Of a stretch of DNA of 64,000 nt, positions 34,439 through 46,123 are shown piece after piece. The notes below the pieces were generated by a model, which searched no databases, had not been told where the DNA came from, and saw only the letters and a list, made by a program, of their open reading frames with translations. Position numbers and translations under genes: made by a program. The stretch covers positions 434,001-498,000 of the forward strand of contig JANJGN010000071.1 of the NCBI GenBank assembly GCA_026770705.1, in the 5' to 3' direction. The first letter of the stretch is position 1. Each line of letters begins with the position of its first letter. This DNA is from Isurus oxyrinchus. Its lineage: Eukaryota.

Positions 34439-35552
34439 CTAGAGAACACACAGAAAGAAATCATCACTGACTCTCCGCTTTCAATCTCTCACTCTGGCTG
34501 AACAATCAAGCTTCATATCACTGCAACATTTGCTGTAATATTGACCCATCCACTGGGATTCAATGTGGAATGAATGTTTTCACTGTAAACACTCTAAGAG
34601 TGGACAATCGGAACTTTCCCCTTAGCGTGGAACATTGGTGAGAATGGATCATTGTGCTGTTGGACTCTCTGTCCAATGTTTCTCTCCATCGCTGTGTACA
34701 GGATTGTGCTGTAGAAAATTCTGGAAACGTTTAGTGCAGGGTGGAAATCCATCTCGGACGCGTGTGCGAATCGGGCAGGATCGAGATGGACTCCCCCACG
34801 GACTTACACACCCCGCTTAATAAACAGTTCCAATCTTTACCCAGAGGGAGGGGAGAATGTGGAACTCGCTCCCACAGGGAATGGTTGAGGTGAATAGTAG
34901 CAAATTAGGAAGTGAAATTGCTTGAAAAGCTTGGAGATGCAAGGGTTAAGTGTTACCGTGCTACCACTGGTGGGAGAGTGTAACTACAGCGTGACGTTTA
35001 CATAGGCAATCCCCATTATGAACATGGACATCATGTGAAAAATGGGCACTGGAAAGCTGAGAACTTGATGTAAGCTTTTCAGCAACAGGAATTCCCTTCC
35101 TTAACCTCTCCACTTCCCTCTTACTCTCAGATACTCAAACAAAATTTCACACAAAATCACGTAAGGAGGAATTGGGACAGGTGACTGGTCAAAGAGTTAG
35201 ATTTCAGGAAGGTTCTTAAAGTAGGATAGAGAGTTGGAGAGGCAGAGAGTATCTGTGAGTAACTCTGTGCATCTGAGTGTCTGTAATAGACTTTGCAATT
35301 TCCATATTCTTCCATAAATATGAAAGGGAACACAAATCCCAGAATCCAGGTCAACTCTCCGGTGCAGCACTGAGGGAGGTCAGGTAATCCACAGGGGAGT
35401 ATGTGCTAGTGTGTTTGTTTGTGAGTGTGCCTTTGTGTGTGCTCATAGATGTGGGATTGTTTGTCTGCAGGTGTCTATTTAAGGCTGGATATTTATGTGT
35501 GTTTTTGTAGTGTTTCAATCTGAGAGAGATGTTGAAGTTTGCCTTAACTAAC

Positions 35553-35704
35553 GTTCCACAGTGATGGTTATGAACCCCTCCACTGCTCCATGTTCATTCT
35601 CTGAGCACACTGATAGTCTCCAGTGTCCCTGGATGTAATGTGAGGAATCACCAACCACAGCTCATTGTTGGAACTTGTTCTGTTCATTGTGATATTCAGA
35701 TGTC
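35553..35704 (-). pseudogene. Gene D: dead C2 exon (3' half only, frameshifted), nearly identical to gene A C2 exons
   Basis: HLNITMNRTSSNNELWLVIPHITSRDTGDYQC, then a 1-nt deletion (gctcagag vs gtggcagag); 5' half and acceptor absent. Confidence 0.85.
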
Positions 35705-36027
35705 AGGACCGGACTCAACAAGGCAGATTGCAGGTTTACCAACAGAAAGTGAACAACAATTTATATTTAAAGGGAAGAGAGTGCTGGTTAATCAGCAAGT
35801 GGTCTCTGATTGGAGGAGGTGTTGCCATGGTAAATAATGTGTGTGAGATGTAAAGTTTAGACAGCTTGTCTCTTCATTCAGCAACAATCAAATAAAGATC
35901 AGTTAACTTCTATCGACTGTGAAGCACTTTGAGAGGCATGAGAATGTGGACACTGAGAACGGGCTGCACTGTCAGAGGGTCAGCGCTGAGGGAGTGCTGA
36001 TGTAGAATGAAGGGTGTCCGTTCTTAC

Positions 36028-36315
36028 CTTGCACAGTTAGTATGAGGGTCCGCTCCGATGAAACAGATGGATATCTCACTCTGCAGCTGAGAGTGTGTCC
36101 GTGGTGTTTGAGTGATGGGATCAGGGTCAGAACAGAAGTATAGGTCAGAGTGACACCATGCTGAGTTACAGTGTTTGAGACTGATCCAGGTACGTCAGTG
36201 GGAGTGTCCCAGGTTAAGACAGGTGCTGCTGTTCCATTGCACGTTGTGTTGAAGGTGCAGCTTACATCCACACGCTTTCCTGCAATAATTTCAGCAGGGA
36301 ATATCGTGGGTTTAT
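36028..36315 (-). CDS. Gene D: Siglec domain-2 (C2-set) exon
   Basis: cacag|AT AAA CCC...GTG CAA G|gtaaga; 288 nt, phase 1-1; DKPTIFPAEIIAGKRVDVSCTFNTTCNGTAAPVLTW...HGHTLSCRV with the extra interdomain Cys typical of Siglec domain 2. Confidence 0.85.
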
Positions 36316-36782
36316 CTGTGACACATGTGGAGATATTAGTGACAGCTGGCCAGAAGAGGTCGGTGTTATGGAAAGACAGAGAGAAAGAGACAGAGAGACA
36401 CAGCGAGAGAGAGAGAGATAGGGAGAGGAAGAGGGAGAGGGAGAGGTTTAGGGTGGGAACTCTAGGGTGGTGAAAGGCGCTGTAGAAATGTAAATCTTTC
36501 TTCTGTCGATATGTCAGACTTCAAGACAGGATTTGAGAGATTGATGGGAGTGGATAAACTGATAACATTGATGGACACAGTCAACACATTTAATCATTGA
36601 TATTAAAGTAAGTATTAGAGGTTGCTTTAGGACTGAACTGGAAGCTATCATCAGGTTATTGAGAATCAGACAGTGTGTTATAATAACCTGTGTTTTGTGT
36701 TAATATGTAAATGTCACAGTTTGTGTTATTTCCCATTGAGTGTTGGATGTGAACTGTTGAGTAATTATAACACAGCACTTAC

Positions 36783-37151
36783 CAGAAACGTGAAGCTGAG
36801 TTACAGGGTAATAGTTATGGCTCGGACCATTGTCAAATTCTATTCTGAAAAAATAAGGTCCTGCATCTTCCCGTCTGATGTTGTTTATAATCAGGGAACA
36901 GTCGCCATCTTTCAGGTCTCCAGACAGCCGGATCCGATGGTGGAACCGTGGTAACTCGTGACTGTGATCCTTGGAGTGAAAGGCAATGGGAGCCCAGGGA
37001 ATCTGTTCCTCATTATTAAACCAGACTCCACCTCGCGGTTGGTTTTCCAGACACGATGGATAACTGTAATGACATGGAATCTGTACACAGGAACCTTCCT
37101 GAGCTGTCACCTCTCGTGGAGTGTCACCTTTCCACTCTTGTGACAGTCCAA
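36783..37151 (-). CDS. Gene D: Siglec V-set exon V1 (essential Arg present)
   Basis: ttctctccccag|TT GGA...TCT G|gtaagt; 369 nt; SCVQIPC, GDLKDGDCSLIINNIRREDAGPYFFRIEF. Confidence 0.93.
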
Positions 37152-39082
37152 CTGGGGAGAGAAATCTCAATATTTATCTCTGGATGGCTTGTGGATCCAC
37201 TAGACTCAAAATTTACAGATGAGGCTGAATTGGGGGGATGGTCAATACTGAGGAGAATGGCAACAAATTATTTTGGCAGGAAGAATAGAAAATCAGAATA
37301 TTATTTAACTGGAGACAGGCTGCAGAATGCAGTACAGAGGGATCTGGGTGTCCTTGTACATGAATCACAGAAAGTCAGCATTCAGGAAAACCATGGAATG
37401 AGGAAGGCAAGTGGAATGTTGGCCTTTATTGCAAAGGGATGGAGTATAAAAGGAGGGAAGTCTTGCAACAGCTGCACAGGGCGTTAGTGAGATTTTAACA
37501 GGATCATTGTGTGCAGGCAGTTCAGAGAAGCTACACTGGGCTGATTCCTGGGATTAAAGGGTTTGTCCTGTGAGGAAATGTTGAGCAGGTTGGGCCTGTA
37601 TCCATTGGAGTTTAGAAGAATGAGGGCTGACCTTACTGAAACATATCCGATTCCGAGGGGGCTTGACAGGGTGGATGCTGGGAGGATGTTTCCCCCTCGT
37701 GGGGGAATCTAGAACCAGGGAGCACAGTTTTGGAATGAGTGCTCTCCCATTTAAGACTGAGATGAGGAGGAATTTCCTCTCTCAGAGGGGCGCTAGCCTG
37801 TGGAATTCTCTTCCCCAGAGAGCAGTGGAGGCTGGGCCATTGAATAGACTCAAGGCTGAGTGAGGCAGGTTTTTGATCGACAAGGGAGTCAAGGGTTTGG
37901 GGGACAGGCAGGAAAATGGAGTTAAGGCAACAACCAGATCAGTGAGAGCATGCTCGAGGGGCCGAATGGCCTGCTCCTGTCCCTGTTTCTTATGTTCCTA
38001 CATTCTTACCATCTTAAAATATTAAAGCTGCAGAATAAACATGCAAGTGACTGACCCGCTCGACCCACCTTCCATCTGGGGGTCCCATGGGGAGGACCCT
38101 TCCTGAGCCAGATCCACCAGCCAACATGGTCTAGATCTGAGCACAGGAGACACTGGGGGGAGTGACTAACAGGCTCCTTGTGACAGGCCCCGTCTGTCCA
38201 ATGGCTGGCTTTCAGCTGCCAAGGCCAGAGTGGTCCTTGCTAAAACCGGCTCAGGACAGGCCAGGACCCCTGTGCAGACCCCCTCCAGCGCTGCAGCCTC
38301 TGTACAAACCCCTCATGCGCTTGTGGAGAGACACAAACAAGGCTGCTCATTACCGAGGAGAATCCCCTCTACAGACTAAGGTGCTGACTCATCACCCTAA
38401 ACTCGGCAAATGAGGAGGCTCTCGCTCGGTATCGGGGCTTGGCATTCGCTCAATAAAAATAATCAAATGACATTTTGGTCAGAAATCTAAGGAGGTTGTA
38501 CATTCCCTCAAAAATAAGACTCGATCTGGGGTCGAGAGTCAAAGGGCAACAACTTATATTTTCACAACAACTTTAACATGACAAATCACCTCAAGGTGCT
38601 ACACAGGAGCGTCATAAAACAAAGTATGTCACCCAGACACATGTAGATATTAGCGACAGCTGACCAGAAGAGGTCGGTGTTATGGAGAGACAGAGATAAA
38701 GAGACAGAGAGAGAGAGAGAGGGAGAGGAAGAGGGAGAGGGAGAGATTTAGGGTAGGAACTCTAGGGTGGTGAAAGGCGCTGTAGAAATGTAAATCTTTC
38801 TTCTGTCGATATGTCAGACTTCAAGACAGGATTTGAGAGATTGATGGGAGTGGATAAACTGATAACATTGATAGACACAGTCAACACATTTAATTATTGA
38901 TATTAAAGTGAGTATTAGAGGTTGTTTTAGGACTGAACTGGAAGCTATCACCAGGTTATTGAGAATCAGACAGTGTGTTATAATAACCTGTGTTTTGTGT
39001 TAATATGTAAACGTCACAGTTTGTGTTATTTCCCATTGAGTGTTGAATGTGAATTGTTGAGTAATTATAACACAGCACTTAC

Positions 39083-39451
39083 CAGAAACGTGAAGCTGGG
39101 TTACAGGGTAATAGTTATGTCTCGGACCATTGTCAAATTCTATTCTGAAAAAATAAGGTCCTGCATCTTCCCGTCTGATGTTGTTTATAATCAGGGAACA
39201 GTCGCCATCTTTCAGGTCTCCAGACAGCCGGGTCCGATGGCGGAACCGTGGTAACTCGTGACTGTGATCCTTGGAGTGAAAGGCAATGGGAGCCCAGGGA
39301 ATCTGTTTCTCATTATTAAACCAGAGTCCACCTCGCGGTTGGTTTTCCAGACACGATGGATAACTGTAATGACATGGAATCTGTACACAGGAACCTTCCT
39401 GCGCTGTCACCTCTCGTGGAGTGTCACCTTTCCACTCTTGTGACAGTCCAA
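39083..39451 (-). CDS. Gene D: Siglec V-set exon V2 (essential Arg present)
   Basis: Copy of V1 offset by 2300 bp; 7 substitutions in 369 nt; splice sites intact. Confidence 0.93.
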
Positions 39452-41184
39452 CTGGGGAGAGAAATCTCAATATTTATCTCTGGATGGCTTGTGGATCCAC
39501 TAGACTCAAAATTTACAGATGAGGCTGAATTGGGGGGATGGTCAATACTGAGGAGAATGGCAACAAATTATTTTGGCAGGAAGAATAGAAAATCAGAATA
39601 TTATTTAACTGGAGACAGGCTGCAGAATGCAGTACAGAGGGATCTGGGTGTCCTTGTACATGAATCACAGAAAGTCAGCATTCAGGAACACCACAGAATG
39701 AGGAAGGCAAGTGGAATGTTGGCCTTTATTGCAAAGGGATGGAGTATAAAAGGAGGGAAGTCTTGCAACAGCTGCACAGGGCGTTAGTGAGATTGTAACA
39801 GGATCATTGTGTACAGGCAGTTCAGAGAAGCTTCACTGGGCTGATTCCTGGGATTAAAGGGTTTGTCCTGTGAGGAAATGTTGAGCAGGTTGGGCCTGTA
39901 TCCATTGGAGTTTAGAAGAATGAGGGGTGACCTTATTGAAACATATCCAATTCCGAGGGGGCTTGACAGGGTGGATGCTGGGAGGATGTTTCCCCCTCGT
40001 GGGGGAATCTAGAACCAGGGAGCACAGTTTCGGAATGAGGACTCTCCCATTTAAGACTGAGATGAGGAGGAATTTCCTCTCTCAGAGGGGCGCTAGCCTG
40101 TGGAATTCTCTTCCCCAGAGAGCAGTGGAGGCTGGGCCATTGAATAGACTCAAGGCTGAGTGAGGCAGGTTTTTGATCGACAAGGGAGTCAAGGGTTTGG
40201 GGGACAGGCAGGAAAATGGAGTTAAGGCCACAACCAGATCAGCGAGGGCAGGCTCGAGGGGCCGAATGGCCTGCTCCTGTCCCTATTTCTTATGTTCCTA
40301 CATTCTTACCTTCTTAAAATATTAAAGCTGCAGAATAAACATGCAAGTGACTGACCCGCTCGACCCACCTTCCATCTGGGGGTCCCATGGGGAGGACCCT
40401 TCCTGAGCCAGATCCACCAGCCAACATGGTCTGGATCCGAGCACAGGAGACACGGGGGGGAGTGACTAACAGGCTCCTTGTGACAGGCCCCATCTGTCCA
40501 ATGGCTGGCTTTCAGCTGCCAAGGCCAGAGTGGTCCTTGCTAAAACCGGCTCAGGACAGGCCAGGACCCCTGTACAGACCCCCTCCAGCGCTGCAGCCTC
40601 TGTACAAATCCCTCATGCGCTTGTGGAGAGACACAAACAAGGCTGTACATTACCGAGGAGAATCCCCTCTACGGACTAAGGGGCTGACTCATCACCTTAA
40701 ACTCAGCAAATGAGGAGGCTCTCGCTCGGTATCGGGGCTTGGCATTCGCTCAATAAAAATAATCAAATGACACTTTGGTCAGAAATCTATGCAGGTTGTA
40801 CATTCCCTCAAAAATAAGACTCAATCTGGGGTCGAGGGTCAAAGGGCAACAACTTATATTTTCACAACAACTTGAACATGACAAATCACCCCAAGGTGCT
40901 ACACAGGAGCGTCATAAAACAAAGTATGTCACGCAGACACATGTGGAGATATTAGCGACAGCTGACCAGAAGGGATCGGTGTTATGGAGAAACTTAAAAG
41001 AGGGATGAAATGGTTAGTGAGAGAGAGAGAGTGAGTGTGAGGGATGGAGAGGGCTTAAGGGAGGGTATTACAGAGCTCGGTCCCCAGGCAGCTGAAGGCA
41101 TGGCCACCGATGTTAGAGTGTTGAGATCGGGGGATGGTCAAGAGGCTGGAATTGGAGGAGCGCAGAGACCTCTGAAGGTTGGTG

Positions 41185-42600
41185 GGTCTGGAGGAGGTTA
41201 CAGAGATAGCGAGGGTTGTAGGGGCTGGAGGAGGTTACAGAGATAGCGAGGTTTGTAGTGATTGGAGGAGTTATAGCGATAGGGAGGTTTTTAGGGACTG
41301 GAAAAGTTAAGAGAGATTGGGGAGTGTAGGGTCTGGAGGAGTTTGCAGAGGTAGGGAGGGTTGTAGTGACTGGGGCAGGTTACAGGGGCAGGGAAAGTTG
41401 TCAGGACTGGAGCAGGCTACAGAGATAGGGAAGCTTTTAGGGGCAGGAGGAAGTTACAGAAATAGGGAGGTTTGTAGTGGCTGGAGGAGGTTGCAGAGAT
41501 TGGTAGGTTTGTTGGGCAGGATGAATTTACAGATATAGGGAAGCGGTAGAGGCTTGAAGAGGTTACAGAGAATGGGATGGTTGTAGGTACTGGAGGAGGA
41601 CGAGGAGATTACAGGGATAATGAGGAAACAAAGATGAAAATTTGGACATTGAGACTTTGCTTGACCAGGAGCCAGTCTCGGTCATCGAGCAGAGCGGGTG
41701 ATAAGGGAACGGGACTTGGTGTGAGTAAGGACGTGGTCAGCAGTTTTGGATGGCCTCAAGTTTATGGAGTGTAGAGCGTGTGTTGGAACAGTCGAGACTG
41801 GAGGTAATGAAGGCGTGGATGAGGGTTTCAGCAGCAGATGAGCTGAGACAGGGTGACGTCGTGCGATGTTACGGAGGTGGAAATAGACGGTGTTAGTGAG
41901 GGCGCAGATATGAGGCCGGAAGCTCATCTCAGGATCAAATGGGACAACAAAGCTGTGAACAGATTGGCTTCAATCTCAGAGAGCTGCCAAGGAGAGGAAT
42001 GGAGTTGGTAGCGAGGGAACAGAGTTTGGAGCGGGGAATGAAGACAATGGCTTCAGTCTTTCCAATATTTAATTGGAGGGAATTTCTGCCCATCCAGTAC
42101 TGGATGTCGGATAAGCAGCCTGATAATTTAGCAGCAGTGGAGGAGTCGAGAGAGGTGGTGGTGAGGTAGAGCTGGGCATCCTCAGTGGACAGGTGAAAAC
42201 TAACACTGTTCAGATGATGCTGCAAAGCCATTGCAAGTGATTCTCTGGCTACGATGAGATGGATAAGAATGGAGCCAGGGGAGAGCAGTCCCACCCAGCT
42301 GGACGACAGTGGAGAGGTGTTGGAGGAGGATGGTGTGGTCGAGCGTGTCAAAGGCTGCAGACAGATCGAGAAGGACGAGGAGGGAAAGTTGACCTTTGTC
42401 ACAGTCACACAGGATGCCATTTGTGACCTTGATAAGAGCTGTTTCAGCACAGTGGCTGGGGTGGGAACCTGATTGGAGGGATTCAAACATGGAGTTCCGG
42501 GAAAGATGGGAACAGATTCGGGAGATGGAAACAGGTTGCAGGACTTTGGAGGGGAAAGAGAGGCTGGAGATGGGACGGGGGTTTACACGGACAGTGTGAG
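41185..42600 (-). mobile_element. L2 LINE RT fragment with degenerate 37-bp minisatellite at its 3' end
   Basis: RPISSLSFPSKVL...ETALIKVTNGILCDCDKGQLSLLVLLDLSAAFDTLDHTILL; LQLNIGKTEAIVF. Confidence 0.85.
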
Positions 42601-42854
42601 GGGTGAAAGGTGTAGTGGGGAGGAGATACTTCACTCAGGGGGCAGGTGTCATCACCCCTCAGCTCGGTTTATGTTACAGCTATGATGTGGATTCAATCAC
42701 ACACAATAAGCTTATGGATCTGGGAGCAGAAATAGACAAATCATTAAAAATAGTGGCGCTGGTTAACACAGCCAAAAAACAAGCAAATCAAACACTATTA
42801 TTTCCCATTGAGTGTTGGATGTGAATTGTTGAGTAATTATTACACAGCACTTAC

Positions 42855-43229
42855 CAGAAACGTGAAGCTGGGTTTCAGGACGGTCGTTGTATCTATTCCT
42901 GTTGTCAAATTCTAGGCTGAATAAATAATATCCTGCATCTTCCCGTCTGATGTTGTTTATAATCAGGGAACAGTCGCCATCTTTCAGGTCTCCAGACAGC
43001 TGGGTCCGATGGTGGAACTGTGGTAACTCGCGATTATGATCCTTGGAGTGAAAGGCTATAGACCGTTCATTCCATTTTTCCCAATTCCTTCTCATATACC
43101 AGATTCCGACTGGTGATCTCGCTACTAAATATGATGGATAACTGTAATTACATGGAATCTGTACACACGAACTTTCCTGCGCTGTCACCTCTCCTGGAGT
43201 GTCACCTTTCCACACTTGTGATAGTCCAA
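42855..43229 (-). CDS. Gene D: Siglec V-set exon V3 (essential Arg replaced by Ser)
   Basis: ttctctccctag|TT GGA...TCT G|gtaagt; 375 nt, open; EDAGYYLFSLEF. Confidence 0.92.
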
Positions 43230-43632
43230 CTAGGGAGAGAAATATCAATATTTAACTCTGAATGTTTTCTCAATCCACTAGACTCAATATCCACCCCCTC
43301 CATCACTGGGGCACACAGGCTGCAGTCTGGATAATCCACAGGTCACACAATGAATGCCCCAAGGTTTCACAACAGATTGAAGAGAATTCCGGACACAGGA
43401 GTGGACAAGTTCATTCTAAATTGGCTCATGACCCTCAGGTACCTATTTAGTGAAGTCAGTCTGCCACCCAACACAGTGTCTACAAGACACACTAATTGAA
43501 GTGAGTTCACTGCTGATTTACAATGTAGGACAATGGATTAGGAGCCTTCAGAATTCCCCCATTATCACCATCATGAATCATGAATTGGCCTAGCTGTCCT
43601 AGATCCTCAGTGTCTAAGGCAGTGGTTCCTAT

Positions 43633-44558
43633 TGTGATGTAAGTATAATAATTTTCATAATATTTTATAGTATATTGTGAAGTAGGTTTATGGGGGTACG
43701 CGTGATAGGTCTGCATGTGATTTAAGTACATTTGGAGTTAATTAGATTGGAAGTTTAAAATGATCAAAAGGAGCTAGGTGCTTGACATGCTATTGAGGAA
43801 ACATGGATGCTGCTTAGCATGGAAGGTATGAAGAGAATTTGCATTTTTCTATCAATGAAGGGGTTGTTGGATTTCAAAGGAATCTTAGCTTGTTTACAAC
43901 TAGCCAGATAAGCAAGACTAAGGAATGTGTTTATTTTTCTCAAAGGCTCCTGGCAATATGGGCACCACGAAAGAGTTTGTTATGTGGAAGATACAGTTTC
44001 AAAAACATATGGAACAATAGAATTTTCATGTTACAAAGAGAGAAATATATATCTATCAGGGAGAATGAAAGGCTATGTGTCAGAATGCCATGTAAGATCT
44101 AACACGAGTGTGTGATATAGTCTTAATGAAACCTCTAGCATTTGTGCACAAGCCTGCTATCCAACAGAACTGAAGTTGGGGAAAAGCCACTTGGAATTCC
44201 TCTGTGCAGGGTATTGCTTTTATATTGTGTTAACTTGCTGGGTTTGTTTTAAATATAAAGTCTATTTTTGGACCGTTGCCTTAAAGGGAGTGTAACTGGG
44301 AGTCAGTTTAATTCAGAATTTTAAGAATTATTATAGTGGTAATTGTAGAGTTATGTATGTGCTTCAAATCATTTATTTTGAGAGCAAGTATTTTAATTTA
44401 ATTTTCAAATCGCTAAAGGTCTTTGTGTAATTATTGCTTCTGAATTCAGTGCACACATCTCATAATAAATACAAATTGCAAAATCATTATGATCATGTGA
44501 CCATCTTTCTCTCATGGACTTGGTCTGCCTGGCACACATCACCTGCCAAGTGATAACA
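43633..44558 (+). mobile_element. Solo LTR (same family as 8397-9291)
   Basis: TGTGATG...GATAACA termini with ctat/ctgt flanks. Confidence 0.7.
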
Positions 44559-44562
44559 CTGT

Positions 44563-45879
44563 TGTAATATGCCTTTCAGGGACAGCAGCATGACATCACT
44601 CGAGGGGAAGTGTGTCATGTGATTTTAGGAATTGGGTATAGCTTAAGTAAGTTCTATGTGTATTTGTGTGTGTTAGGGATAAGGCATATGTTTATGTTCA
44701 AGTTTAGTTTGATTTCTGTATTTGTGTGTTAAGAAAGGGGGAAACTTCAGTTTTGGTTTCATTTTCGTTTAGCAATCTAATGGGGTTTGATGTCTCTTGA
44801 AGGGAAGTCAAAACAAACACAATGTGTAAGAAACTGTGCTATTGCTAAGCAACAGTGATCCATAGGGACGGACCCATAGAGACAGAGAAAAACAGAAATG
44901 TGCTTTCAGTTTGGTTGAAAGGAGTTGCCAGGAGAAGCAGCAAAGGAGCGGGACAGATAGTCAGTCCCAAAGTAAAGAAGAAGCCAAAACTATCGAGTGG
45001 AACAGGAGAAAGAGCCAAGAAGACCTTCTACTCCAAAGAAGATCAGGAATCTGAAAAAGGTCCTGTTAAGTCGAGATAAGATTGAGGAGCAGAGGAGGGA
45101 TCCAAGCTAAAAGAGAAAAAGCAAAAGGACACAGACCTAAAGCAAAAAAGGCTTATTAGAAGCCAGAAGATCATAGGAGACAGCCAAATGTTGATGTCTT
45201 CTTACTATGACCATGTGAAGCCATGGTGTTCCATTGGCATGACTGAGCATTGGAGAGACAACGCGTAGAAGGAAGGCTGAATGCATGTGGCGATCCAGGG
45301 GGCAGGAACATGGGAAGGAGAGTTTGAAATCGTGGAAGTGGACCCTTGTGGAAGGTCTCTGAGTGAAAGTGTCATGTTAGAGAAGATTCCAAAGAGAGCA
45401 CTTGGTGAGTAGAGATTGGAAACTCTCATGTGAAAGATACAGTTTTGTAAGACCAGTTGCCTCATGGTGAAACAAGTGTCTGGAGTCAGTTGAGCTGAAA
45501 CCCATAGCATTTGTTCCAATTGGGGTCTATCACTTGGTTACAGAATGTGGTGTCCCTGACACCAGGTCGTCTATTGGTTTGCATGAACTGTGTACTTAGT
45601 GTGAACATGAGAGTATAAGATAGTTATTGTAACTTGTATTCTACTTATGAATCTGTAAATGTATAGGTCTGGGTGAAGGAGTAATGTAATATAGTTTGTC
45701 TTTCCTAGTTTAATAAATGTTTTATTCTTTTGTTAGAAGGTCATCAGATGATTCCTGTGACTCTGTTCAGTAGCAGCACTCCACATTCCTAAATAAAAAA
45801 TAAAAGTTAGGACCTATCAAGCTGAGTTCCACCCTGGGATCTGACTTGCCCAGTAGTAACATCAGCTGGGATGATAACA
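44563..45879 (+). mobile_element. Second solo-LTR-like element
   Basis: TGTAATA...GATAACA termini, AATAAA near the 3' end; inverted copy at 63477-64000. Confidence 0.6.
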
Positions 45880-46123
45880 TCATCCAGTCCAAGTTTCACT
45901 TTGGCCTGTGAGCAGAACACAGCTCACACAGTTTGGCTGCAGGTGTCTCCCAGCTTTCTATCCTTGTACATCTGTTCTCATGTCCCCATTCTAAATAACT
46001 GAACCCACAATGTATTTACCCAATTCCGTATCAGTGGCTGGTGCCTTTATATCATTATAAAAACACAACATGGTGATCAGCGGTGGCCAAACATTCTGGC
46101 CGCAAGATTCAGTACAGGTATGA

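Larger units (their letters stand above)
36320..40990. repeat. Tandem segmental duplication, ~2.3-kb unit (V exon, CR1 fragment, flanks)
   Basis: 36320-38635 and 38635-40990 align with high identity. Confidence 0.92.

Noticed and set aside
34255-34467. ORF-track 70-aa Cys-containing peptide
   Set aside because: Off-frame reading of the gene D TM exon
34908-34917. Perfect ETS-IRF composite GGAAGTGAAA in the gene D intron
   Set aside because: Single short motif at the edge of a CR1 fragment; could occur by chance
36783-39451. Positive selection between V1 and V2
   Set aside because: Five nonsynonymous and two synonymous differences is close to neutral expectation and too few to test
36700-43248. 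V exons as rearranging Ig/TCR/IgNAR segments
   Set aside because: No F-strand Cys (YFFR instead), G strand encoded in the same exon, splice donors present, and no correctly oriented heptamer-spacer-nonamer seen
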